NCBI GenBank assembly: GCA_047627635.1
Contig: JBLHTX010000003.1
Coordinates: forward strand, 1 to 42,101
DNA: 42,101 bases
From: Alphaproteobacteria bacterium
Lineage (GTDB): Bacteria; Pseudomonadota; Alphaproteobacteria; JBCCNR01
Reading direction: 5' to 3'
The stretch's first letter is position 1, and each line of letters begins with the position of its first letter. The notes below the pieces were generated by a model, which made no database searches, was not told the DNA's origin, and saw nothing but the letters and a program-made list of their open reading frames with translations. This document shows, piece after piece, positions 1-9,148 of the stretch. The position numbers were made by a program, and so were the translations under genes.

Positions 1-921
1 ATCAAGCGTTTGTGAACGATCCGATAAACGGGTTTGAATATCCAGCGTTACGCCCCGATTAAACAAATTACGCCATTGATTGCCCGCACTAAAAATAAAG
101 GCTTCGGTATCAGAAACCCCAAAACCATAATTAAAGGTCCGATGCTTGCGTTCATTGACTTGATAAATCACATCGACAACGGCAACGCCCTCGGCATTTT
201 TTTTATGCGGATCAATTTCATAATAAATATTATCAAATAAATTGGTATTAATCGCTTCCTTAATGGTGGCATTAATGTCTTGCTCGGTATAGCAAGCCCC
301 TTTTTCATATTGAAGCAGTGGCTTAAAAAAATCGAGGTGAATATTTTCAACGCCATCAAACCGACTTGTACCAAACACAGAAGAGGGAGAAACACCCACA
401 TCGAAAATAATATCAGCTGTTTTTTCAAATTCATTTAATTTTACAATATGCTTCACACGTTTAATGTAACGACATTCTGTACCCGTTAAAAATTCAAGAA
501 TGTTTTTTTCAGCCTTAACCAGCTTGTGGCCATCGAATAGATCATCTTTGCGGATTTTAATGAGGTGATAAGGCGTGAACACACTTGATGGTTCATCAAT
601 TTCAATCGATGAAACTTTATATTGCTGTCCTGCATCAATGGTAATGTTATAAATATTATTGGGTTCATTATAGGTAAGATTCAAAAAAGCATCAAAATAA
701 CCCTCAAGATATAAAAGGCTTTTCACCTGCTTCTCGATTTTAATGGGATTAAAGACAAGGTTTTTTGATTCTAGGATTGTTTGTAAATCAGGGTTTTCTT
801 CGATATTCTCTTTTAAGCTATCTGTAACACCAGCAATGACCAAATCAGGAGTCTTGTTGGCATGTGATGCCGTTAAAGACAACACGAAAATAAAAATGAG
901 GAATAGGATTTTATGAAGCAT
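1..921 (-). CDS. Omp85-family outer membrane protein, TamA-like (partial, runs off the window start)
   Basis: Not in the ORF track. Manual translation from ATG at 921 gives a signal peptide (MLHKILFLIFIFVLSLTASHA), a POTRA-type LEGYFDA motif, and ...VNERKHRTFNYGFG...WRNLFNRG at the POTRA/barrel junction; the same frame is open at position 1. Confidence 0.75.
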   Translation of the reverse strand, partial: MLHKILFLIFIFVLSLTASHANKTPDLVIAGVTDSLKENIEENPDLQTILESKNLVFNPIKIEKQVKSLLYLEGYFDAFLNLTYNEPNNIYNITIDAGQQYKVSSIEIDEPSSVFTPYHLIKIRKDDLFDGHKLVKAEKNILEFLTGTECRYIKRVKHIVKLNEFEKTADIIFDVGVSPSSVFGTSRFDGVENIHLDFFKPLLQYEKGACYTEQDINATIKEAINTNLFDNIYYEIDPHKKNAEGVAVVDVIYQVNERKHRTFNYGFGVSDTEAFIFSAGNQWRNLFNRGVTLDIQTRLSDRSQTLD

Positions 922-1168
922 CACTTGAGTTTTTATTGAATAATTATTAGGATTAAAGAATTAAAGACTGTAAATATCATATTTAAAAGATGTAAGGCAA
1001 TTTAGATTTACAGATAATGACATTATAGAAATAATAGCATATTCATCGACAAAAAAGCAAGGGATCGACATAGGCATTGATATATAAGGGTTTTTGACTA
1101 TAAATTTGTTATTTTATAAAGAATACGCAAACTTTTTTAATTTTTATGAAAAAAAACGCAAACAATGC

Positions 1169-1197
1169 TTGTAGTTTTATATTTTATGAATTATAAG
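1169..1197 (+). promoter_or_regulatory. Putative sigma70 promoter of tRNA-Gly
   Basis: TTGTAG-N17-TATAAG ending 24 nt before the tRNA. Confidence 0.45.
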
Positions 1198-1221
1198 ATC
1201 ATTATGCATTAAATTGACAAT

Positions 1222-1296
1222 GCGGGCGTAGCTCAGGGGTAGAGCACAACCTTGCCAAGGTTGGGGTCGAGAGTTCGAATCTCTTCGCCCGCTCCA
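1222..1296 (+). tRNA. tRNA-Gly (GCC)
   Basis: GCGGGCG acceptor stem, anticodon loop ttGCCaa, GTTCGAATC T-loop, encoded CCA end. Confidence 0.97.
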
Positions 1297-1486
1297 ATTT
1301 TCTTGATAACAAGATATTGGAGCGTGACAAATAAAACAATCATTTTTCATTAATATATGTCTTTAGAGATACTGAATATTCAAAAAAATAAAGATTAGAT
1401 TACGATTAGATTGCTTTGCCTGCTAATGCAGACTTGTAATACAAAATCGCAATAACAGAGCTTTATCTTCTTAATATTAATCATCA

Positions 1487-3283
1487 TCACACTGCGATGC
1501 GGCAATCGTCAATAATAAACTGAACGCCATTACTTGTGTGATATGTATCATGTTTAAGACTTCCGATAATATCAATCTTATTTTTCTTATTCAGTAAAAT
1601 ATCACCAACTTCATTGCCAATACAATTAAAACAAATCGCATTTAAGGAGGCTCGGTTTTGATCCATTAATTTTAAACGAATATGTTTATCGTTAATGGGC
1701 TGCATATAAGTAATGGTTAAATTTTCCAGACCAAATGTCGGTGATGGGTTTTCAACACCGAACGGCGCAAGTGCCTCTAGTGCAACTAATAAGCCTGTAT
1801 TTGCGGCCGTAATTGACAAGACAGCGTCAACCTTAATTTTTTTATAAGCACCATGCGTAGCAACATCATTGCCCAAAGCTTGATTAAAATAAGCACGCAA
1901 TGCAGGTATATTATCGCCCTGCACTGTGAGTCCAGCAGCAGCTTTATGGCCGCCCCCTGCCTCAAGGATGCCATCTGTGACAGCTTGTTTAACCGCATCA
2001 CCAATATTAACACCCGATATTGAACGTCCCGATCCTTTGAAAACGCTTTTATTATCCGCATCGCCCCCAAGCACAAAGCACGGCCGATAAAACATATCTT
2101 TGATTCTAGATGCAACAATGCCCACAACGCCATGATGCCAATTATGGCTATGGACAATGATAACGGAATCTTGGCTTAAATTTTCTGTTTCAATTTGCTT
2201 AAGGGCTTCTTCTTTGACTTGATCTTCAATTGTTTTGCGTTCAAGATTGTATATATTAAGCTCGGCTGCGATTTTTTTTGCGGTTTCTTCGCACTCTGTC
2301 GTAAGAAGCTCGAAACCTGCTGAAGCACGACCAACCCGTCCTCCTGCATTAATACGCGGGCCATAAACAAAGCCACAATGATAAGCCGCAATTTTACCCG
2401 TAACCTGTGCAACAAGCCCAAGATGATGGAGGCCAATATTATTCCCCGATTCAATCACTTTAATGCCTTGTGCCACAAATGCCCGATTAAGCCCAATTAA
2501 GGGAGCAACATCGCACACAGTGCCAAGCGCCACCAAATCAAGCAGCATCATAAGGTTTGGCTTGGGGCGGCTATCGATAAAATAATTTTGTTGCTCGAGG
2601 TAACGCACCAACGCCACCGAAAATAAAAAACACACACCTGCTGCTGTTAAAATACCCAATCCAGATAAATCATCAGCGCGGTTAGGGTTTACGGTTGCTT
2701 CGGCCCCTTGTGTATCGCCATCGGTTAAATGATGATCCAGAATGATTGCTTGCAGACCGTTTTCTTTTGCTTGCATCATCACATCGGGGGCACTAGAGCC
2801 ACAATCCACGGTGATAATAATATCAGCACCCTTGTCTTTTAGCTTTAAAAAAGAATGAATATTTGGGCCATAACCCTCGGTCATACGATCGGGGATATGC
2901 ACAAAACACACAGTTTGCAACGCATTAAATAACCGATACATAATGGCGGAAGATGTACCGCCATCAACATCATAATCACCAAAGACACCAATTTTTTTAC
3001 CACTAAGCATGGCATCTGCGACAATTTTTACGGCTTTTTCCATATCTTTTAAATGATACGGGTCGGGCATTTCATGCTTTAATTTTGGTGCTAAAAACTT
3101 CTCAGCTTGCAAGACATTAATACCGCGAGCGCATAGAATATGGGCAATTTGTGGCGGCAAGTCATAGCTTGTGGCAATTTGCTGTACCAGCTTATGCTCC
3201 GAGGTTAAATAATCCCAAACGGCACCCCCTGCTGATAAAGTGGGTGCGTGCTTTTCATCGGTCTTTTGGGCTATTGCTGTCAT
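1487..3283 (-). CDS. recJ: Single-stranded DNA exonuclease RecJ
   Basis: GDYDVDG, TVDCG, DHH, ALGTVCDV, PRINAGGR, GSGRS and GGGH motifs. Confidence 0.96.
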   Translation of the reverse strand: MTAIAQKTDEKHAPTLSAGGAVWDYLTSEHKLVQQIATSYDLPPQIAHILCARGINVLQAEKFLAPKLKHEMPDPYHLKDMEKAVKIVADAMLSGKKIGVFGDYDVDGGTSSAIMYRLFNALQTVCFVHIPDRMTEGYGPNIHSFLKLKDKGADIIITVDCGSSAPDVMMQAKENGLQAIILDHHLTDGDTQGAEATVNPNRADDLSGLGILTAAGVCFLFSVALVRYLEQQNYFIDSRPKPNLMMLLDLVALGTVCDVAPLIGLNRAFVAQGIKVIESGNNIGLHHLGLVAQVTGKIAAYHCGFVYGPRINAGGRVGRASAGFELLTTECEETAKKIAAELNIYNLERKTIEDQVKEEALKQIETENLSQDSVIIVHSHNWHHGVVGIVASRIKDMFYRPCFVLGGDADNKSVFKGSGRSISGVNIGDAVKQAVTDGILEAGGGHKAAAGLTVQGDNIPALRAYFNQALGNDVATHGAYKKIKVDAVLSITAANTGLLVALEALAPFGVENPSPTFGLENLTITYMQPINDKHIRLKLMDQNRASLNAICFNCIGNEVGDILLNKKNKIDIIGSLKHDTYHTSNGVQFIIDDCRIAV

Positions 3284-3411
3284 GGGATTTAATCTCTTGC
3301 CTGATATTATATTATCAAAAACTATATACCATATTTTTCAGATGATACCAATAGACGATTATATGTTAGGGCAGACTTGTTTACAAAACATAAAAACGCT
3401 ATAGAGATATT

Positions 3412-4440
3412 ATGGACACTGTTAATATCATTAAAAATCATTTGTTAAATAATGGCTTTGATCAAGTCAAGGCTATTGCTAAAAAAGATTTCCCCAATAT
3501 TGCATCACAGCTACATCCTTGGCTAGAGGCAGGCTATCACGGTGAATTGCATTGGTTAATTAATAATGCACAAAAACGCGCCTCGGCAGCTTATATTTGG
3601 GATCAGGTACAATCAGCGTTTGTTGTTACCCTTAATTATGCCCCCGAAACCGATCCACGCCCCGATTTTGACCGCAATGACCGCACTTATGTTTCGGTAT
3701 ATGCTCGTAATAATGACTATCATGATATTATGAAAAAACGCCTTAAGCAAGTAACAACCGAACTTAAAGGTATTGTAAATTGCCGCTTTTTTGTTGATAC
3801 TGCTCCCATTGCCGAGAAGCCAATTGCCCAAAAAGCAGGATTAGGATGGCAAGGTAAGCATACGAATTTGGTTTCTCGTGAGTTTGGTTCATGGACTTTC
3901 TTGGGTGTTTTACTAACCGATTTGGTACTTGATAATTCTGACGCGCCCGAAATTGACCATTGTGGGTCTTGCACAAAATGTCTTACTGCGTGTCCAACCG
4001 ATGCCTTTACCAAGCCTTATGTTATGGATGCGCGTCGATGCATCAGCTATTTAACGATTGAATATAAAGGGTATATCCCCGATGATTTAGCCGTAAAATT
4101 TGGCAATCGTATTTATGGCTGCGACGATTGTCTTGCGGCATGTCCATGGAATAAATTTGCGAAGGCCTCCCATGAAATTGGCTTTAAAGCACGCAGTATT
4201 AGTGACAATCCCCCTTATGAAACATTGTTAATGCTGACCGAAGAAACATTTCGCCAGCAATTTTCAAAAAGTCCAATTAAACGGATTGGCTATGAACGCT
4301 TCATAAGGAATGTCTTAATTGCGGCGGGAAACTCGAAAAATCCAGCCCTTATACCTTTTATCAAGCCTTATGGTCACTCAGATAATGAAGTTGTTAAAAA
4401 AACAGCCTTATTTGCCTTAAATCGTATTCAAGATAATTAG
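3412..4440 (+). CDS. queG: tRNA epoxyqueuosine reductase QueG
   Basis: YARNNDYH, VDTAP, CGSCTKCLTACPT, RCISYLTIE and GCDDCLAACPWN motifs. Confidence 0.95.
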   Translation: MDTVNIIKNHLLNNGFDQVKAIAKKDFPNIASQLHPWLEAGYHGELHWLINNAQKRASAAYIWDQVQSAFVVTLNYAPETDPRPDFDRNDRTYVSVYARNNDYHDIMKKRLKQVTTELKGIVNCRFFVDTAPIAEKPIAQKAGLGWQGKHTNLVSREFGSWTFLGVLLTDLVLDNSDAPEIDHCGSCTKCLTACPTDAFTKPYVMDARRCISYLTIEYKGYIPDDLAVKFGNRIYGCDDCLAACPWNKFAKASHEIGFKARSISDNPPYETLLMLTEETFRQQFSKSPIKRIGYERFIRNVLIAAGNSKNPALIPFIKPYGHSDNEVVKKTALFALNRIQDN

Positions 4441-4477
4441 ACCTTATAAATCTATTATTCTATTATTCTGTAGAAAT

Positions 4478-4960
4478 CTATTCTTCTGTGCGTTGCTTGA
4501 GTGCTGCTTTGCGTTTTAATAAATTTGCTTGTAGGGATTTTTTTAAAGCATCTTTTGCAAGTATCTTTTTGTTATCACTACTGACGTCAGTTGGTGATTG
4601 ATTGTTTGTATCATTTTGTTCTGATTTATTATTCATAATGTTTAAAGTGCTCGCATATTTTTGTGCAAAGAGATGGCGAATATGGTCTTTTTTATTATTT
4701 AATGCACGTTGATAAAATTGTTCTTTTTGTGGATGCATGGGCGGGCCATAAACAGTGCTTGGCTCTGTAAATAAAGCTTTGGTATCGGGTAGCTTAACAA
4801 GTAACGCATCCAAGAAAGACAGTTTTTTTGATTGTTGCTTAACCTGAATCACTGCTTTGATGGTATGCTGAAGCGCACCGATTTTTTCTTTTAATTCTAA
4901 ATGTGTTTCAGCAACATAATCATCATCCGATAAAGTATTGCACACATTATGATCTGACAT
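4478..4960 (-). CDS. Hypothetical protein with a basic helical C-terminus
   Basis: 160 aa ORF with a TTGTAA-N17-TACAAT promoter-like sequence upstream; an alternative internal start at 4636 gives a 52 aa protein. Confidence 0.55.
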   Translation of the reverse strand: MSDHNVCNTLSDDDYVAETHLELKEKIGALQHTIKAVIQVKQQSKKLSFLDALLVKLPDTKALFTEPSTVYGPPMHPQKEQFYQRALNNKKDHIRHLFAQKYASTLNIMNNKSEQNDTNNQSPTDVSSDNKKILAKDALKKSLQANLLKRKAALKQRTEE

Positions 4961-5090
4961 TTATAATTTAATTCCCTACTTTTATAATAATAACTTATTA
5001 TATATAATTTTATACTATATTGTATCTAATAATACGCTATTTTACAAGCATTATCACACAATAAATTGAGTTATTTATAAAAAAATACAT

Positions 5091-5116
5091 TTAAATACGC
5101 CTTAATAAGGAATTAT
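5091..5116. promoter_or_regulatory. CtrA-box-like motif upstream of the pilin gene
   Basis: TTAA-atacgcc-TTAA (5091-5105) overlapped by TTAA-taaggaa-TTAT (5102-5116). Confidence 0.5.
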
Positions 5117-5180
5117 TAATCTATATCTATTACTATGATTATACGCGTATTATTATTATAAAATTAAAAGGTTGATAATC

Positions 5181-5351
5181 ATGTCACTTATTAGTAACTT
5201 CTTTAAAGAAGAATCAGGCGTTGCCGCCATTGAATATTGTCTTATTGCTGCCGTCATTAGTCTTGCTATTATTGGCGCAATGGGAACACTTAGTAGTGAA
5301 TTAACAGCAAAGTTTGAAGAAATTGCCACGACACTACAAGATGCATCATAA
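5181..5351 (+). CDS. Flp/Fap-family (Tad) pilin
   Basis: 56 aa, below the ORF track cutoff: MSLISNFFKEESG/VAAIEYCLIAAVISLAIIGAMGTL..., with the prepilin Gly, the +5 Glu-Tyr and a hydrophobic helix. Confidence 0.92.
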   Translation: MSLISNFFKEESGVAAIEYCLIAAVISLAIIGAMGTLSSELTAKFEEIATTLQDAS

Positions 5352-5373
5352 TTATAATTTTTTTCTTAATTTA

Positions 5374-5400
5374 AAGTCGACATTCACAAGTCGACATTCA
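5374..5400. repeat. Direct repeat, 2 x 13 bp (AAGTCGACATTCA)
   Basis: Exact copies at 5374-5386 and 5388-5400. Confidence 0.85.
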
Positions 5401-5428
5401 TAAGCTTTTGTGGTAAAATTTAAGCATT

Positions 5429-5941
5429 ATGAAAATTTATGTAAGTGCATTAACGACAGTACGTCAGGCAGTTATTGACTTTGCCCCTTCTTCTATCATC
5501 AGCTTTGTGGATCAATTATCCGCAAAGCCTTTTTTTTTACATTATGATAAAAACACCCATCTTGCCCTTGAATTTAACGACATTCACCTTAATATTAATC
5601 ACATTAATGATACGCAGCGAATTGCGTGTGCAAGGCTTATTCAGTTTTTAACCAATCATCGTGCACATTCCCCCTTATTAATTCATTGTACGCTTGGCAT
5701 TTCACGCTCTACTGCTGCGGCCTATATTGCCTTAAATTTACATCATCAAAATCAAGAGTTTGAAACTGCACAATATTTACGGGAAAAAATACCGTATGCA
5801 ATCCCCAATAGTAGCTTAATTGCGATTGCCGATACGCTGCTTGGTCGCAATGGACGGATGCAATCGGCAATTTCATTATTATCTGAACCCAAAATGCAAG
5901 AAGTTGGCGGCTGTAAAATGCTCTCGACAGACTTTCTTTAA
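5429..5941 (+). CDS. Predicted protein tyrosine/dual-specificity phosphatase
   Basis: Catalytic loop HCTLGISRSTA (CX5R), upstream FNDI acid loop and downstream PN motif. Confidence 0.85.
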   Translation: MKIYVSALTTVRQAVIDFAPSSIISFVDQLSAKPFFLHYDKNTHLALEFNDIHLNINHINDTQRIACARLIQFLTNHRAHSPLLIHCTLGISRSTAAAYIALNLHHQNQEFETAQYLREKIPYAIPNSSLIAIADTLLGRNGRMQSAISLLSEPKMQEVGGCKMLSTDFL

Positions 5942-6003
5942 TCGTCTATATTTACGGTTAATTTTGATAATAATAATATTGCAATCATAAAGCAGGTGCT
6001 TTG

Positions 6004-6738
6004 ATGTTCCAAGAATTTCCCTATATTGCCGCATTCCTAGGTGGTGCATTAAGCTTCTTATCACCATGTGTTCTCCCTTTGGTTCCCGGGTATTTATCGT
6101 ATATTGCGGGTATCCGTATGGAAGATGCACATTCTGAAGATAAGGCCATTAAGAAAAAAATGTTCTTTTCAGCCTTATTATTTGTTGCTGGATTTTCATT
6201 AATTTTTATTGCCCTTGGTGCAGGAGCATCGGGCATTGCCCCTTTGCTTGCTAGTTATCAAGATATTTTGACAAAAATCGCAGGTATTTTCATCATTATT
6301 CTGGGCTTGCATGTATTTGGTTTGTTTAAAATAAGTTTTTTATATCGTGAATTACGCCTTAATCCTGAGATTGACGAAATGCGTTCTGTGCTTACGCCCT
6401 TTATTCTTGGGCTTGCATTTGGCCTTGGTTGGACTCCTTGTATTGGTCCTATTCTAGCGGGGGTGCTTGTCCTTGCATCCAACCAAAATACAGTTGCAGA
6501 AGGCATGGGACTTTTATCGCTTTATGCGGCAGGCATGGGGATTCCGTTTTTACTTGCGGCAGTCGCCATGAGTAAATTTCAGGCAAAGTCAGGGTTTTTC
6601 AAGCGACATTTAGGCGTTATCGAAAAAATTGCCGGGGTTTTTCTTATTGTCACAGGGTTGTTTATTTTTTTAGGTGAATTGCAATCATTTGGCACTTTAC
6701 TGCTTGACTACTTACCATTTTTAAGTGATTTAGGATAA
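6004..6738 (+). CDS. ccdA: Cytochrome c biogenesis protein CcdA (DsbD transmembrane family)
   Basis: SFLSPCVLPLVPGY and GWTPCIGPIL motifs with multiple hydrophobic segments. Confidence 0.92.
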   Translation: MFQEFPYIAAFLGGALSFLSPCVLPLVPGYLSYIAGIRMEDAHSEDKAIKKKMFFSALLFVAGFSLIFIALGAGASGIAPLLASYQDILTKIAGIFIIILGLHVFGLFKISFLYRELRLNPEIDEMRSVLTPFILGLAFGLGWTPCIGPILAGVLVLASNQNTVAEGMGLLSLYAAGMGIPFLLAAVAMSKFQAKSGFFKRHLGVIEKIAGVFLIVTGLFIFLGELQSFGTLLLDYLPFLSDLG

Positions 6739-6744
6739 TAAAAT

Positions 6745-6807
6745 ACGATGATTACACGATGATTACACGATGATTACACGATGGTGATACGATGATTACA
6801 CGATGAT
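6745..6807. repeat. Tandem repeat, ~5.7 x 11 bp (ACGATGATTAC)
   Basis: Units start at 6745, 6756, 6767, 6778 (degenerate), 6789 and 6800 (partial), directly before the argH ribosome-binding site. Confidence 0.92.
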
Positions 6808-6822
6808 AAAAAGGAATTTAAG

Positions 6823-8217
6823 ATGACGCAAAATGGTTCAAATCAAATGTGGGGCGGACGTTTTGCCGACAAGCCAGATGCCATTATGGAAGCCATTAAT
6901 GCATCTATCGGTTATGATAAGCGTCTTTGGTTGCACGACATACAAGGCTCAAAGGCTCATGCAACAATGCTTGCTGATAATAATATTATTTCTAAACAAG
7001 ATTTAACCGATATTATTAAAGGGCTTAACCAAATTGAAACCGAGATTGCTAATAATCAATTTAACTTCTCCCCTGCCCTAGAAGATATTCACATGAATAT
7101 TGAAGCACGCCTACGGGAAATTATTGGCACTGCTGCTGGACGTTTGCATACGGGGCGTTCTAGAAACGACCAAGTGGCAACCGATACCCGCCTTTGGTTG
7201 CGTGATGCCACAGATCGTATTATTAGCTTACTGGTTCAATTACAAAAAACTTTGCTTGATAAAGCAGAGCACTATCACGATGCTATTATGCCAGGCTTTA
7301 CCCATTTACAAACTGCACAGCCTGTGACATTTGGTCATCATTTAATGGCCTATTTTGAAATGCTGGAACGTGACAAGGGACGCTTTACCGATATGCGTCA
7401 ACGGCTTAATCAATCGCCCCTTGGTAGTGCTGCCCTTGCTGGTACGCCTTACCCCATTGATCGTTTTGCCACTGCTGATGCTTTGGGGTTTTGTGCCCCT
7501 ATGCGTAATTCTTTGGACGGTGTATCGGCACGTGATTTTTCCCTTGAATTTATGGCCGATGCCGCCATTTGCAGCAGTCACTTATCACGCTTCGCTGAAG
7601 AAATTGTTATTTGGATGACCCCTCAGTTTAATTTTATCAAATTATCTGATAAATGGACAACGGGTTCATCGATTATGCCGCAAAAGAAAAACCCCGACGC
7701 CGCCGAGCTTATTCGTGCCAAAACTGGCCGCATGAATGGTAATTTAATGGCGTTATTAACAATTATGAAGGGTCTGCCTTTGGCATATTCCAAAGATATG
7801 CAAGAAGATAAAGAACCTTTATTCGATAGTGCCGATTCAATAGAACTTGTGCTGGCTGCGACACTAGGGATGTTGAAAGAATTAACTGCCAATACGGATT
7901 CTATGAAAAAAGCGGCCGAATCAGGCTTTGCCGTTGCCACCGATCTTGCTGATTGGTTAGTGCAGGAACTTGATATGCCGTTTCGTGAGGCACATCATGT
8001 AACGGGTGCGATGGTTAAGCTTGCAGAAGATAAAAAATGTATGCTGAATGAGCTTGCCCTTGCAGATATGCAGGCAATTAATGCCAAAATAACCGATGCA
8101 ATTTATAAGGTTTTAACACCTGAAGCATCGGTAAATGCCCGCACAAGTTATGGCGGAACGGCCATAAGCTGCGTCTTGGCACAAATTAAAGAGCGTAAAG
8201 AAAATTTATGCGTATAA
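6823..8217 (+). CDS. argH: Argininosuccinate lyase
   Basis: [23 protein letters not shown] and [12 protein letters not shown] motifs. Confidence 0.98.
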   Translation: MTQNGSNQMWGGRFADKPDAIMEAINASIGYDKRLWLHDIQGSKAHATMLADNNIISKQDLTDIIKGLNQIETEIANNQFNFSPALEDIHMNIEARLREIIGTAAGRLHTGRSRNDQVATDTRLWLRDATDRIISLLVQLQKTLLDKAEHYHDAIMPGFTHLQTAQPVTFGHHLMAYFEMLERDKGRFTDMRQRLNQSPLGSAALAGTPYPIDRFATADALGFCAPMRNSLDGVSARDFSLEFMADAAICSSHLSRFAEEIVIWMTPQFNFIKLSDKWTTGSSIMPQKKNPDAAELIRAKTGRMNGNLMALLTIMKGLPLAYSKDMQEDKEPLFDSADSIELVLAATLGMLKELTANTDSMKKAAESGFAVATDLADWLVQELDMPFREAHHVTGAMVKLAEDKKCMLNELALADMQAINAKITDAIYKVLTPEASVNARTSYGGTAISCVLAQIKERKENLCV

Positions 8218-8549
8218 ACACTCTATTGTTAGCAGTCATAATGCTTGGCTTGTGTGGTTGCGGCATTGATGGCGCGCCACAATCGCCAGCCTATAAAAAA
8301 TCAGGAAATAATTTTGACGCCTTGCTACCCTTTGGCGATCAAGGAGAACAATCTGCTGATGATACACAAGTAAAGCCTCAACAATCCTATACCTCAATTG
8401 GTGATCTGGAACGTATTGGTTATCATTATAATGCAAATTTTGGGCTTGAAAATGATGAGCTTGAAGATGTATTCGAGCGTATTACACCCCAATCAGGGCA
8501 ACCAAGAAGACGTGCTGCCATTATGGCTTTGCACGATAAAAAACAATAA
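8208..8549 (+). CDS. Small lipoprotein (LppL/LptM-like N-terminus)
   Basis: Signal peptide with lipobox LCGC followed by GIDGAPQSP; overlaps the argH stop, where such a lipoprotein commonly sits. Confidence 0.6.
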   Translation: MRINTLLLAVIMLGLCGCGIDGAPQSPAYKKSGNNFDALLPFGDQGEQSADDTQVKPQQSYTSIGDLERIGYHYNANFGLENDELEDVFERITPQSGQPRRRAAIMALHDKKQ

Positions 8550-8558
8550 TTCAATTTG

Positions 8559-8999
8559 TTATATTCTGCAATATTTATCAAGGGTCTGAGAAAATTTTTG
8601 AACATCTTTTTTGGAAAAATTCTTGGGCCCACCTGTCTCAACGCCGTCACTGCGTAATTGGTGCATAAAATCACGCATACTGGCGATTGCCTTAATATTA
8701 CTACTATCATAAAGCTTCCCTCGGGGGTCAATGCCCAATGCGCCCCGTTCAACAATTCTAACCGCTAATGGGATATCAGCTGTGACAACCAAGTCACCCT
8801 CTTGACACTGATCGGCAATATAATCATCGGCAATATCGGCGCCATCGGCAACTTGCATAAAACGCACAAAAGGCGATATGGGTAACCGTATAAAACTATT
8901 AGCAACAAAAATTGTGCTATGCTGTAACCGCTCAGCAGCACGGCACACAATTTCTCGGATTACTTTGGGACATGCATCCGCATCAATCCATAAGGTCAT
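8559..8999 (-). CDS. yaiI: YaiI/YqxD (UPF0178) family protein
   Basis: WIDADACP, ADDYI, VVTADIPLA and PRG motifs; GAGGA RBS before the ATG at 8999. Confidence 0.9.
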   Translation of the reverse strand: MTLWIDADACPKVIREIVCRAAERLQHSTIFVANSFIRLPISPFVRFMQVADGADIADDYIADQCQEGDLVVTADIPLAVRIVERGALGIDPRGKLYDSSNIKAIASMRDFMHQLRSDGVETGGPKNFSKKDVQKFSQTLDKYCRI

Positions 9000-9148
9000 A
9001 TATTCCTCAATCATAACTTAGTGTTATGGGTTAAATATCACAAGAGGAATAATAAATCTTTTTTTTCCATAATTATGCTTGCAGTTAGGATTAAAAAAAG
9101 CAAGAATAACGCATATTTTCTTGAATCATTCGTCATAGAGCAGCATTT

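Noticed and set aside
34-668. Short ORFs 34-240, 168-434 and 486-668
   Set aside because: They are shadows of the long minus-strand TamA-like frame.
6745-6807. Repeat array as a possible CRISPR
   Set aside because: Units are 11 bp and contiguous, with no unique spacers and no cas genes.
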